A DNA stretch of 64,000 nt from Octopus sinensis (Eukaryota). Below the pieces are notes generated by a model that was not told the DNA's origin, ran no database searches, and worked only from the letters and a program-made list of their open reading frames with translations. The stretch is taken from the NCBI RefSeq assembly GCF_006345805.1, contig NC_043026.1:1984001-2048000 (forward strand), given 5' to 3'. The position numbers and the translations under genes are program-made. Positions 1-13,600 of this stretch are shown here, piece by piece; within the stretch, counting starts at the first letter, position 1; every line of letters begins with the position of its first letter.

Positions 1-1176
1 GTATATATATAAACATATCTAAATACATACACAAACTCACACACACATATATATATACATACACATAAACATATAGGCAACGATAAATTTATAAAGTAGC
101 CGTATACTTCTACACATTACTTATTCATACTCCCACACACACACATACAACCCTCATTCATAAACACACTCACTCAGCATGACAACAACACAGAGGAAAC
201 ACAACATCCAGCAGCCGCAGACACTCAACCACGACCCACAGAAACATTTCATTCTTAGCAAAAAACTACCAAATACCATATACCACATATATGCAACAAC
301 CATACATAAATACTTAAACAAACACACACACATATTCCATATACCACATGCATGCAACAAACATACACAAATACGCAAACAAACACACACACACTCACAC
401 ATTCACACATACACAAACACACAAAAACAACATTTCTACACATAAACAATGCACATATATATATATCAGTTGTAACTTTTAGTACAACGCCAGTAATTTT
501 GGGGTAGGGTGTAAGTCAATTACATGAAACCCAATACTCAACTGGTACTTATTTTATCAACCCTGAAAGGCAAAATTTGAACTCAGAATGCAAAGACGAA
601 TGAAATGCCACTAAGCATTATGTCCAGCACTTACGTTAGAAAACAATTTTAGAATGACTTTTTTCTGTCAAAACACTAAAAATAACTGACCAACAAAAAA
701 AAAACAACCAAGATTCAACCAAATGAAAAAATAAACCCAAATACTAAGCGAACAAAGATGAACCATCCCACTTCCACTGCACGTGCACATGCACACATAC
801 ACACACACACACACGCACGCACACACATGCACACACACATACACACATTCAGATACCCCCCTTTTACATACACACACATATATTCACACAGAGTTGAAAC
901 GCTGTTTGATTTATTTTTCCAACGTACAATTTTCATCCTCCCACTACCAAGTATGACATCACCCCATCCTCCCTTATTCGTCTATCACCCCTTCCTTTCT
1001 CATTCATAAACGCAAGAGTATTATTATAGTAGATTATCTCAGTAACCATGGGAGCTATGAAAAAATACAAAGCCCAGCAACACCACCGGATCATTCTACA
1101 CATCTGTGTAATTTTTCATGCAATTCCACCCAGCCGTTTGACCGTGAATCCCAAGACAAGTTTGTTTTACTTTATC

Positions 1177-2286
1177 TCAAGAAAAAGCACTTAAATTATC
1201 AACACAATTTTGCCATTTTATTGGCAGCTTCTTTATGTCACCAGCGAAGAAATGTGGAGAGCAAGAGGTGTCTAATGCCTGGAAAACGTGATAGTCAGTT
1301 GGTGCAAGGTCTGGTGAATATGGTGAATGACAGAGTGCTTCCAAGTTCAGTTCCTGTAACCTGAGTAGCATTCTCTGTGCAACATGTGGTCAAGCATTGT
1401 CTTGCAAGAGAACTGGCCTGTCTCTATTTGACCAATCTCAGTTGTTTAATTGCAAGTTCACTCATCATTTCATCCAATTAGTTGATGTATACATCCACTG
1501 TAATTGACTTACCAGGTTTCGTGAAACTGTAGTGGATGATACCAACGCTGGACCACCAAACAGACACCATTAGCTCTTTTGGTGAATATTTTGTTTTTGA
1601 ATTGTGTTTTGGCACTTCGTTTCTGTCCAACCACCATACAGAACACTTGCCATTGTTGAAAAGAATCCATATTTCATCACATGTAACAATACGATGCAAA
1701 AATGGTTCACTTTTATGTCGTGAGAGCAAAGAACAGCAAGTTTCAAGATGACGTATCATTTGATGCGTGGTCAGTTCATGTGGTACCCACTTGTCCAGCT
1801 TCTTCACCTTGCCAAATTGTTTCAAATGGTCCAATACAGTTGGAATTGAAACATCAAATCTTGCTGCTAACTCACGCGTACTTTGAGATGTATTCACTTC
1901 CACTACAGTTTCCAGCTCATCATTATCCACCTTGGCCTCAGGTCTCCCACGGGGCTGATTTTTCAGAGTAAAGTCACCAGACCAGAACTTCTTAAACTAT
2001 CGACGTACAGTGTGCTCATTTGCCACATCTTCACCAAACATCTCATTGATGTTTTGAGCTGTCTGGGATCCATTGATTCCACGATGGAACTCATATTCAT
2101 AAACAACACAAATTTTTGATAGAAAACTCCCAATAAAATCAGACACCATGAATTGCATTTCAAAAAGTGATTCTCTCTAACTCTTCAATACTGTAAAACA
2201 AAGAATAGTCAAGATAAAACTTTAGAGTTAATGACTGTCAAACTTGGTGCAGAAGAAAATCGGACATTTTGTTCTTAACGACCTGA
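1177..2286 (-). mobile_element. Defective mariner (DD34D-type) transposon with internal deletion
   Basis: Transposase motifs GKVKKLDKWVPHEL, IVTCDE and HSPYSPDLAPTDYH; one terminus at 2286 followed by TA; stops and frameshifts. Confidence 0.85.
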
Positions 2287-2693
2287 TAAATATATATTCT
2301 CTTTTACATGTTTCAGTCATTTGACTGCAGCCATGCTGGAGCACTGCCTTTAGTCGAGCAAATCAACCCCAGGACTAATTCTTTGGAAGCCTAGTACTTA
2401 TTCTATCGGTCTCTTTTGCCGAACCACTAAGTTACGGGGACGTAAACACACCAGCATTGGTTGTCAAATGATGTTGGGGGGGACAAACACAGACACACAA
2501 ACATATACACACACATACATATATATATACATATATATGAGGGGCTTCTTTCAGTTTCCGTCTACCAAATCCACTCACAAGGCATTGGTCGGCCCAAGGC
2601 TATAATAGAAGACACTTGCCCATGGTACCACACAGTGGGACTGAACCCAGAACCATATGGTTGGTAAGCAAGCTACTTACCACACACCAACTC

Positions 2694-2740
<47 letters not shown>

Positions 2741-3659
2741 CACAGACATTTGTTCTTATGTTAGATGGCAATCCAAAGAATTTAATATTAAACTGGGGAG
2801 ATGCAAGCTGGCAGAATTGTTAGTAGCATGTTAGACAAAATGCTTAGTGCCATTTTGTCAGTCATTACGTTCTGAGTTCAACTTCTGCAGAGGGTGACTT
2901 TGCCTTTCATCCTTTCAAGATCGATAAAATAAGTATCAGTTGACCAGTGGGGGTCAATATAATCAATTTACTCTGAAAATGACAGGCCTTGAGCCAAAAT
3001 TTGGAGCCAATTTACAACATAATACTTTTTGTAGAATATGTATTTTTTCAGACAATGGATGATAGTACCTTCGAAGTTTTAATCTGCAAGAGATCTTTCA
3101 TCAGGCTGTTCCACGAAGGTTAGCAGGCCAAAATATAGAAATCGCTGTCACCCACCTCCTTGTGTGTGTGTGTATGTGTGTGTGTGTGTGTGTGTGTATA
3201 AAAATATACATAATATACCATATATGTATCTATATATATGTATATATATGATAAAGACCTCCTTTCAGTATGAATGACCAAGGGATTGTACCTAGAAAGT
3301 TCACCTCTGAGGCACAAGACCAGGCAAGGTTGTTTACAGAAGACCAGTTGTTGTCCATGCATGCCAGCCACTCCTCTCAACACCACAGGGAATAGCAAAG
3401 GGGCCAATGTATCTTGGCACCACTAACGTCTCAACTCATTTCTACAGCTGAGTCATACTGGAGCAAAGTGAAATAGTGAAGATGCATGGCTCAGTGGCTA
3501 GAGCTTTGGGCTCACAATCATCAGGTAGTGAGTTCGATTCTCAGACCAGGCTGTCTGTTGTGTTCTTGAGCAAGATACAGTATATATAATATATACATGT
3601 GTGGAGGGTGCATGCATATGTATGTATGCATTTATGTGTGTGTGTATATATATATTGTG

Positions 3660-3846
3660 CAGGTGGCACGTAAAAAGCACCCACTACACTCGCGGAGTGG
3701 TTGGCATTAGGAAGGGCATCCAGCTGTAGAAACTCTGCCAGATCAGACTGGAGCCTGGTGCAGCCCCTGGCTTCCCAGACCCCAGTCGAACCATCCAACC
3801 CGTGCTAGCGCGGAAAACGGACGTTAAATGATGATGATGATGATGA
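3660..3846 (+). mobile_element. Retroposon 3' tail ending in (GAT)n (RTE-partner-type; representative copy)
   Basis: GGTTGGCATTAGGAAGGGCATCCAGCTGTAGAAAC...GGACGTTAAA(TGA)n; copies at about 19394-19573, 51630-51775, 55465-55615 and 63000-63275. Confidence 0.8.
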
Positions 3847-4691
3847 TATATATATGTATATATAAGGCTATGTGAGTTCTATGGAAGAACTGTTATTAAG
3901 CTCCTGGTTCAATGATAGCATGAATGAGGAGTCCAAGGCAGGTGGTGTGTGAATGTGTATATGCTAGATAAAATAAGATAACAAGGCCAAGGCAATTTGA
4001 TATTCTTAGGACATTTATAAATAAAAGGTGGTCTTAACAGCTGTTTCAGAGAAGTAAATGATAAGCCACCATCAGAGATGAGTTAAAAGAGCTTCAACAG
4101 AAGGAATTAGTAGAGTCCATTTTTTTAGAAGTTATTGTGGAGAAGGAGAGATATACAAGAAATTGGTTAAAATACAAAAAGTATAAAAGGAAAACAAGAA
4201 AATAAAAATACATTTTGGATGTTGAAGTTACTGTTCCGTTATCCAAGAAATCTGTTCTTTAGTTCTTTTCTTTGTTTCGGTCATTTGACTGTGACCATGC
4301 TGGAGCACCGCCTTTAGTCGAACAAGTTCACACCAGGACTTATTCTTTGTAAGTCTAGTATTTATTCCATTGGTATCTTTTACTGAACCGCTAAGTGACG
4401 GGGACGTAAATACACCAACATCAGTTGTCAAACGATGGTGGGAGGACAAACACAGATACACAAATACACACACACACGTGTGTATATATATATATGACAG
4501 ACTTCTTTCAGTTTCCGTCTACCAAATCCACTCACAAGTCTCTGGTTGGCCCGAGGCTGTAGTAGAAGACACTTGCTCAAGGTATCATGCAGTGGGACTG
4601 AACCCGGAACTATGTGGTTGGGAAGTAAGCTTTTTACCACACACCCACTCCTGTTGTGTAGAATATATATATATATATATTATATATATAT

Positions 4692-4739
<48 letters not shown>

Positions 4740-4776
4740 GTTTAACGTCCGTTCTCCATGCTAGCATGGGTTGGAC

Positions 4777-4826
<50 letters not shown>

Positions 4827-5334
4827 AGGATACAATTGATATTTAAATGCCGATCTTTTCAGGTGGCCAGCATAGGGATAAAAACCTTCAAAGGTAATAA
4901 TTATTATTAAAATTATAATTTAGGGTATCTAAGAGATACCACTACGCTGGAAATAGTAGCCAAAACTTGACTCTAAAACCACATTAAATGTTCATACCGC
5001 ACCAGGAGAGAAGACAAAGAGACAAAATAAACTAGCAAAAAATTACTGGATGAAGGCAGAACATTTCTTATGCAGAGCCAGAAATCTGGGATCTGGAATT
5101 ATCCAGTAATTATTTTGCTTGTTTATTTTGTCTCTTTGTCTTCTCTCCTGGTGCGGTATGAACATTTAATGTGGTTTTAGAGTCAAGTTTTGGCTGCTAT
5201 TTCCAGCGTGGTGGTATCTCTTAAATACCCTAAATTTTAATTTTATATATATATATGTATATGTGTGTGTATGTGTGTGTGTGTGCGTGCGTGCATGTGT
5301 GTGCATGTGTGTATGTGTGTGTGTGTGTGTGTGT

Positions 5335-6070
5335 TTTCTTCAACGCTCTAATTGCTGACAGTAGACTTGAGCATTGATCGTTGCATTTGGTGGTAACAAT
5401 TCAAAGTGAATTACTCCTTTGCAATCCCACCAAATTGAGAGAAGAACCTTTTCCTCATGAAGTTCCCTTCTCAGTTATCTTTGAGTTTTTTTCCCTTTTA
5501 CCAAGCCACTGTTTACAACGTTTAACATTTCAATAGAAGATCCGTTTTGCGTCACCAGTCACAAGTCTATCGAAAAAGGGTGAAATGAGTTCGCGAGAAT
5601 GGAGAGAAGAGCAGATGTCAACTCGGGATTTGTGGTTGTTTTCAGACAATTCATGAGGCACTCATTTTCCAAGTTTAGGAACCTTTCCAAGTTGTTGAAG
5701 ATGACAATATGTATGATTTGAACTAAGCTTTATTGCCAATTCTTCAACTGATAATGCAGGGTTTTCTTCAAGTAATGCCTCAAGGAGCTCATCATCAAAC
5801 TCAACTGGATGTCTGTCCGATCTTCATCTTCAAGGCTGAAATCTCGACTTAAGAATTTTGCAAGTTCTTTCATTCAAGCATTCTTTCCCATAAACTGAGT
5901 GTATGTTTCAAGTTACTTTGGCTGCAGAGTTTCCTTTTTTGTACTCATAAAGCATTATGTGCCTTAAATGCTCTTTGGATACTTCCATGTTAGAAAGGGT
6001 TTTAATCAAAGAAATTTTAATTCTATTATTCTGTAAAATAATATTTAATTACATTATTTACATTCAATAG
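5335..6070 (-). mobile_element. Mariner 5' fragment (fossil)
   Basis: Decayed MEVSKEHLRHIMLYEYKKGNSAA..., KLGK*VPHELS, LVTGD, LSIWWDCKGVIHFELLP. Confidence 0.8.
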
Positions 6071-7325
6071 ATATTTGTCCTCATTTTGTTTGTTGTTAAC
6101 ACGTGGCTGATATACCCTCCAGCCTTCTTCAGGTGTCTTGGAGAAATTTTGAACCTGGGTTCTCATTCCAAAGGTATTTTTCGATGACGTTGTTATTATT
6201 ATCATTATTGTTCAGGTCACTGCTTGGAATCAAACTCAGAATCTGCGGTCTTAACCACTATGCCATATGCCCATGGGCAATTATGGAGTGGATTTTAGAG
6301 TTTATAAACCTAATATTTTTCTATCCCCCTTAATACCGGTTCCCATATGCTGTTCATATCTGCACTCGGTCTAGTTAGGAGGTTGTGACCTAACATATGT
6401 GCTGCTTCTTTTAGTTTTCGTATTTTCCAGTGGTGTTCCCTGTCTATTATTTTAACTTCATCCCACAGAGGGAGGTGGTCTCCATTTTTCCATACATGAT
6501 CATCAATACCCGATTCATCAATATCTCCTCATGTCACAGCTTTGCAATGTTCATCTACCCTTATTTTGAGGGGGCAGCATGTTTCGCCTTTGTATAACCT
6601 ACCACAACTACATGGGATGGAGTACACGCAGTCTTTGGTCATATTCTCTTCTTTTGGTGGTTTTACTGGAAGGAGATATTTGCCAAGTGTTGTATTACTC
6701 TTGAATACTGTCCTGATGTCATATGTGCCACATATCTTTTGTATCTTGTCGGAGAGGCCTTTCACATAGGGTAGACAGACTGTGGACCGTTCGTTGGCCT
6801 CATCCTCTCTTTTCTTCATAATTGGAGTGGATAGTATGTTTTGGGGGGTAGTTGTTGCTTAACAGACTGTTATTGTGCTTGATCATTTCTTCATGGTGTG
6901 TATCACGATCGCTACTTGTATTCTTTGCTCGATGTTTTAGGCACTGAGCAATCCCTTTCTCTACAGTGTATGGATGGTGGGAACTGAAGTTGAGGCATCG
7001 TCCAGTGAAGGTCGGATTGCGGTATACGGATGTCCTGAATCCATACTTGGTTCATGTTATTTATACATCCAGGAATGCCAGCTGATTGTCTTTTTCCTTT
7101 TCCATTGTGAACTGTATGGATGGCTTTATTGAGTTCACATGATCTAACAGCACTTGGACATCTTCCTGGTGGGGCCAGAGTATAAAGGTGTCATCAACAT
7201 ATCATAGCCATACCTTAGGAATGAGAACCCTGGTCTGAAATTTCCCCAAGACACCTGATGAAGGCTGGAAGGTATATCGGCTGAAACGTTGTGTTAACAA
7301 CAAACAAGATGAGGACAAATATCCA
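6070..7325 (-). mobile_element. 5'-truncated Penelope-like element (RT C-terminus plus GIY-YIG endonuclease) flanked by inverted pseudo-LTRs
   Basis: YVDDTFILW, QFTMEK, YSIPCSCGRLYKGET...RVDEH; 6070-6175 and 7212-7325 are inverted copies. Confidence 0.88.
7250..7295 (+). ncRNA. Minimal type I hammerhead ribozyme in a Penelope pseudo-LTR
   Basis: GACAC-CUGAUGA-A-GGCUG(10-nt loop)CGGCU-GAAA-CGUU-GUGUU; lies inside the inverted terminal repeat of a Penelope fragment. Confidence 0.7.
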
Positions 7326-7775
7326 CCAAATGTCAATAATGTAAATAATGTACATAATTCCGCATCTCTTAAATGTAGAACTGTAATATTTAATTAGTTT
7401 AAATGTGCACAAATGCATAAAAATAATTTTTAATTCCATTAGACATTCTAAAATACTATTAGGGATTAAGGGTTTAACATGATCAAATGACCGGAAGAAA
7501 TAGGCTATATATATATACATATATATATAGCCTATTTCTTCCGGTCATTTGATCATGTTAAACCATTAATCCCTACATATGTTTTCTCTCTCCATTTTTT
7601 TTTTGGTCCCTCTCCTTTTTCTTTTCTTCTCAGTCCTTTCTGTCAAAGAGCTGAGGCTCAAAACATCAAAGACCTTTCCATTTTCTCCCGAGTGTTAAAC
7701 TAATACAATTGCCTATTGTTCCCTCACCTGGCTTCATCTTTTGTTTTTTGTAAATTCAGATCATATCTATCTATC

Positions 7776-7851
<76 letters not shown>

Positions 7852-7857
7852 ATATAT

Positions 7858-7888
<31 letters not shown>

Positions 7889-7922
7889 GTATATATACAT
7901 ATTCTATCCTATCTTTGTACAG

Positions 7923-8138
7923 AGTTGGAGTGTTCAGTTAGCAAAAGAAGCTGACCAATGGGCCCATAAATGTGTGTTTGAACATGCAATGACAGCCCGT
8001 GGTCAGAATCTTGGTCTTATCAGTGATCCAGGTTCGGTGAAGTACAACATTGGGCGCATGATGCAACTCTGGGTTGAGGAAAAGAAGGAATATAATCCGA
8101 GGAAGAAAGGTTGCAACAGCAGCTGTCATTATACTCAG
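7923..8138 (+). CDS. CAP/SCP (CRISP-like) gene, internal exon A
   Basis: Acceptor tttgtacAG, donor GTaaga, 216 nt, phase 0-0. Encodes SWSVQLAKEADQWAHKCVFEHAMTARGQNLGLISDPGSVKYNIGRMMQLWVEEKKEYNPRKKGCNSSCHYTQ, containing CAP motifs CxFxH, G[EQ]NL, WxxE and HYTQ. Confidence 0.93.
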
Positions 8139-8395
8139 GTAAGAGCTATAACTTTATAATTTTAGCAGAAGACAGAAAATTGGTGGTGGGGAATGGGTTG
8201 GTCAATAACATCGACCCCAGTATTTGACTGGTACTTAATTTATCAATAACCCCTCCACCAACAAAAGATGAAAAGTAAAGTTGACCGTCACGAAATTTGG
8301 ATTCAGAATGTAATGCCAAGCGAGATGCCGGCAAACATTTTTTTCTGGTGTGCTAACAATTCTGCAAGCTCACCACCTTAAATAATAATAAGAAG

Positions 8396-9180
8396 GCTCA
8401 GCAAGGGTGACCTAAAAAAGGAGACTGAAAGCCTAATCATCGCTGCCCAGGATCAGGCATTGAATACCAACAGAGTGGACAGGGATATATACCACAGAAG
8501 TGCAACGAACCTCTGCAGAATGTGTGGGAAGAAGGTTGAAAGTGTGACTCGCACTGTTAGTGCTTGTGAAAGTCTTGCACAGAAAGAGTACAAGCACAGA
8601 CACGACAAGGTAGCCCCAAACCTCCACTGGCTACTATTCTAGAAGTATAGATATGAGATAATGGGTGCTTGGTACCAGCATGCATTGGAAAAGGCAATGG
8701 ATGAAAAGAGGAAGGCAAAAATCCTCTGTGACTTTGTCTTCCAGGTGTTAGAGCATCGAAGGCCGCATATGGTAACCTTTACGTGGGACAAACAAGAGGG
8801 CCTGATAATCGATGTGGCAGTGCCAGAAGATCAATATATTATCATGCAAAGAACAGAAACTATTGATAAATATGGAGACTTGAGAATTGAGATTGCCAAG
8901 ACGTGGCAGCTGCGAGAGTCAAACATAAAGGTTGTCCCTCTTGTCATCGGAGTGGAGGGTTCAATACCACCAAACTTGAAGAAACATCTGGGAACTTAGG
9001 AAATACCGTACGATCTAGATGTTTAGCAAAAATCAGCATTACTTGGATCCGCATGCATATTGCATGAAGTAGTGTCTGTGTGAGGTCCTTGTTGTGAGTT
9101 GACAGACAGTACAAACCCCCGATAGACACAATATCTTCAAACAACTACGTCAGAGTATTGGATTCTATGCAACATCATAA
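8396..9180 (+). mobile_element. R4/Dong-like non-LTR retrotransposon 3' fragment (CCHC plus RLE endonuclease)
   Basis: LIIAAQDQALNT, CRMCGKKVESVTRTVSAC, RHDKVA, HRRP, IIDVAVP, VVPLVIG; (AAT)n on both sides. Confidence 0.85.
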
Positions 9181-9302
9181 CTAATAATTATAATGATAAT
9201 AATCATCCTTTCTACTCAAGGTAGAAGGTCTGAAATTTGGTGGGAGAGGACGAGTCGATTACATCAACCCCAGTATTTCACTGGTATTTAATTTATCAAT
9301 TT

Positions 9303-9540
9303 ATTAAGGCAGCGAGCCAGCAGAAACGTTAGCACGCCGGGCGAAATGCTTAGCAGTATTTCGTCTGCTGTTACGTTCTGAGTTCAAATTCCGTTGAGGT
9401 CGACTTTGCCTTTCATCCTTTCATGGTCGATTAAATAAGTACCAGTTATGCACTGGGGTCGATGTAATCGACTTAATCTGTTTGTCTGTCCTTGTTTGTC
9501 CCCTCTGTGTTTATCCCCTTGTGGGTAGTAAAGAAGCAGG
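9303..9540 (+). mobile_element. Second SINE family with GCCTTTCATCCTTTC core (representative copy)
   Basis: GGCAGAAACGTTAGC...GTTCTGAGTTCAAATTCC...GACTTTGCCTTTCATCCTTTC...AAGTACCAG; many copies on both strands, e.g. 2800-2960, 35160-35350, 37060-37500, 50050-50255, 56025-56240. Confidence 0.85.
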
Positions 9541-10283
9541 TATTTAATTTATCAAATCCGAAAGGATGAAAGGCTAAGTTGACCTCAGCAGAATTTGAAC
9601 TCAGAATGTAGTGATGGACGAAATGCCACTCAGTTTTTTACCGAGCATGCTAACAATTCTGCCAGCTCACCACTTAGTATGAAATCACCATGTTTCACAC
9701 GTATGGTTGTGAGGCATGTGCTCAGTGTATCTTTATCAGACGGGTAGTCCTGATGGATCGACTGGATTTTGTATATTTATAACCCAGTGTCACTTTAGTG
9801 ACAAGCACTGCTCTCTCACTCAATAATAATAATAAAAGTTGTAATGGAGTGTTATTTTAGAAGCCTGTGAACAAAAATGGTGCCAGTTAGAGGGTATAAA
9901 CCAAGGGTTCTACAAGTGGGGAAGGAGACAGGACTCTTTGAATCCATTGAACAAAGGATTCATGGGTAGGCAAGAGCAATGCACAAAAATGGATCGTTAT
10001 CTGAAATGGAGATTAAAATGATGAAGAGGAAGTCAAGCCGTGGGGGTGTGGAGGGTGTTCAGGATGTAAATAAGGGTGTGGAGGGTGGAGGGTGTTCAGG
10101 ATGCTGGAGATTGAAATGAAAAATGGTGGAATCCAACAAAAAGTGGGGAAATTGAATATTTGAAAGGATGTGGGAAGTGACATCGGTGAACTGAAGAACA
10201 TATCAGGAAAAGATAGAGAGATAATTACTGGTATATCAAAGATCTCTAATTCAGCGACTCATGGGAGATTTGATCTGAAATGA

Positions 10284-10580
10284 ATGAAAAGCGCAGAGAA
10301 ATGGTATGATTACCAAGTGGAAAGTGTTGCTGAGGACAAACAATATAAGATCTTGCGGGACATGACCATCAAGTGTGACGATTTCATTCTGATTAAAAAA
10401 CCTGACATTGTTATCACAGAAAAGATGAACCAAGCCATTATTGAGGATATTGCTTCACTGTGGGACCCCAGGGTGAATGAGAAGGGAAAGCGAGAAATTG
10501 AAGAAGAATCAGGAGATGAAGAAGGAAACTGCTTTTATGAAATAGATGGCATTTGTTTTGATGTAAAGAAAAGCAGTTAA
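10284..10580 (+). mobile_element. R4-like RLE endonuclease fragment
   Basis: KWYDYQVESVAEDKQYKILRDMTIKCD...KKPDIVI...IEDIASLWD. Confidence 0.7.
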
Positions 10581-10605
10581 GTGCACCCAATATATGATTT
10601 ACACT

Positions 10606-13600
10606 AACAAGCACACACACACACACTCACAAGCACACACACACACACTCACAAGCACACAACACACAAGCCCCACACACAACAGCACACACAACCACAC
10701 CCACACACCACACACACACAAGCACACCACACACACTCACAAGCAACACACACAACACTCACAAGCACACACACACAAGCACACCCCCACACAAGCACAC
10801 ACCACCCACACTCAACAAGCACCACACACACACACTCACAAGCACCACACACACAAGCACACATACACAAGCACACACCACACACACACACAAGCACACA
10901 CACACAAGCACACAGACAACACTCACAAGACACACACACACACTCACAAGCACACACACACAAGCACACACACACAAGCACACACCACACACACTCACAA
11001 GCACCCACACAACCACACTCACAACACACACACACAAGCACACCAAACACAAGCACACACACACCACACACACAAGCACACACCACACACACTCACAAGC
11101 ACACACACACAAGCACACACACACAAGCAACACACACACACTCACAAGCACACACACACACACACCAAGCAAACACACACGCAACACACACACAAGCACA
11201 CACACACACACTCACAAGCACACACACACACACTCACAAGCACACACACACAAGCACACACACACAAGCACACACACACACACACACAAGCACACACACA
11301 CAAGCACACACACACAAGCACACACACACACACACACACAAGCACACACACACACACTCACAAGCACACACACACACACTCACAAGCACACACACACAAC
11401 AAGCACACACACACACACACAAGCACACACACACACACACTCACAAGCACACACACACAAGCACACACACACACACACACAAGCACACACACACACACTC
11501 ACAAGCACACACACACAAGCACACACACACGAGCACACACACACAAGCACACACACACACACTCACAAGCACACACACACAAGCACACACACACACACTC
11601 ACAAGCACACACACACAAGCACACACCACACAAGCACACACACACAAGCACACACACACACACTCACAAGCACACACACACACACACACACACAACAAGC
11701 ACACACACAAGCACACACACACAAGCACACACACACACACTCACAAGCACACACACACAAGCACACACACACACACAACACAAGCACACACACACAAGCA
11801 CACACACACACACTCACAAGCACACACACACAAGCACACACACACACACTCACAAGCACACACACACACACTCACAAGCACACACACACACACTCACAAG
11901 CACACACACACACACACACAAGCACACACACACACACTCACAAGCACACACACACAAGCACACACACACAAGCACACACACACACAGCACACACACACAA
12001 GCACACACACACACAGCACACCACACAAGCACACACACACAAGCACACACACACACACACTCACAAGCACACACAAGCACACACTCACAAGCACACACAC
12101 ACACACTCACAAGCACACACACACACACACACAAGCACACACACACAAGCACACACACACACACACACTCACAAGCACACACACACACACTCACAAGCAC
12201 ACACACACACACACACAAGCACACACACACAAGCACACACACACAAGCACACACACACACACTCACAAGCACACACAAGCACACACTCACAAGCACACAC
12301 ACACACACTCACAAGCACACACACACACAACACAAGCACACACACACACACAACACACACACACAGCACACACACACACACTCACAAGCACACACAGCAC
12401 ACACTCACCAGCACACACACACACCTCACAAGCCACACACACACACACAAGCACACAACACAAGCACACAACACACAGCACACACACACACACTCACAAG
12501 CACACACACACAAGCACATCCCACACACACACACACAAGAAAACACACACAAGCACACACACACACACACACAAGCACACACTCACAAGCACACACACAC
12601 ACACTCACAAGCACACACACACAAGCACACACACACACACTCACAAGCACACACAAGCACACACTCACAAGCACACACACACACACACAAGCACACACAC
12701 ACAAGCACACACACACACACTCACAAGCACACACAAGCACACACTCACAAGCACACACACACACACTCACCAGCACACACACACAAGCACACACAACACA
12801 CTCAAGCACACACACCAAGCACACACACACACACACACAAGCACACACACCACACACACACAAGCACACACTCACAAGCACACACACACACACTCACAAG
12901 ACACACACACAAGCACACACCACACACACATCACAAGCACACACAAAGACACACATCACAAGCACACACAACACCACACACAAGCACACACACAAGCACA
13001 CACACACACACTCATCACAAGCACACACAAGCACACCACTCACAAGACACACACACACACACACAAGCACACACCAACAAGCACACACACACACACTCAC
13101 AAGCCACACACACCACAAGCACACACACACACACAAGCACACACACACACAAGCACACACAACAAGCACACCACACACACACTCACAAGCACACACACAC
13201 AAGCACACACACACACACTCACAAGCACCACACACCACACAAACACAAGCACACACTCACAAGCACCACACACGCAAGCACACACACACACAACTCACCA
13301 AGCACACACTCACAAGCACACACACACAAGCACACACACACACACTCACACAGCACACACAAGCACACACTCACAAGCACACACACACACACTCACAAGC
13401 ACACACACACACAAGCACCACACACACACACTCACAAGCACACACACACAAGCACACACACACACACAAAGCACACACACACACACACACAAGCACACAC
13501 ACCACAAGCACCACACACACACAATCACAAGCACACACACACAAGCACAACACACACACACAAGCACACACACACAGCCACACACACACACACTCACAAG

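Noticed and set aside
3050-3120. Possible AG/GT-bounded + exon (TMDDSTFEVLICKRSFIRLFHE) as a missing CAP 5' exon
   Set aside because: No CAP N-terminal motif (HNxxR, NM). The minus strand reads as a decayed hammerhead/pseudo-LTR relic (CUGAUGA-AAGAUCU...AGAU...CUU-CGAAG).
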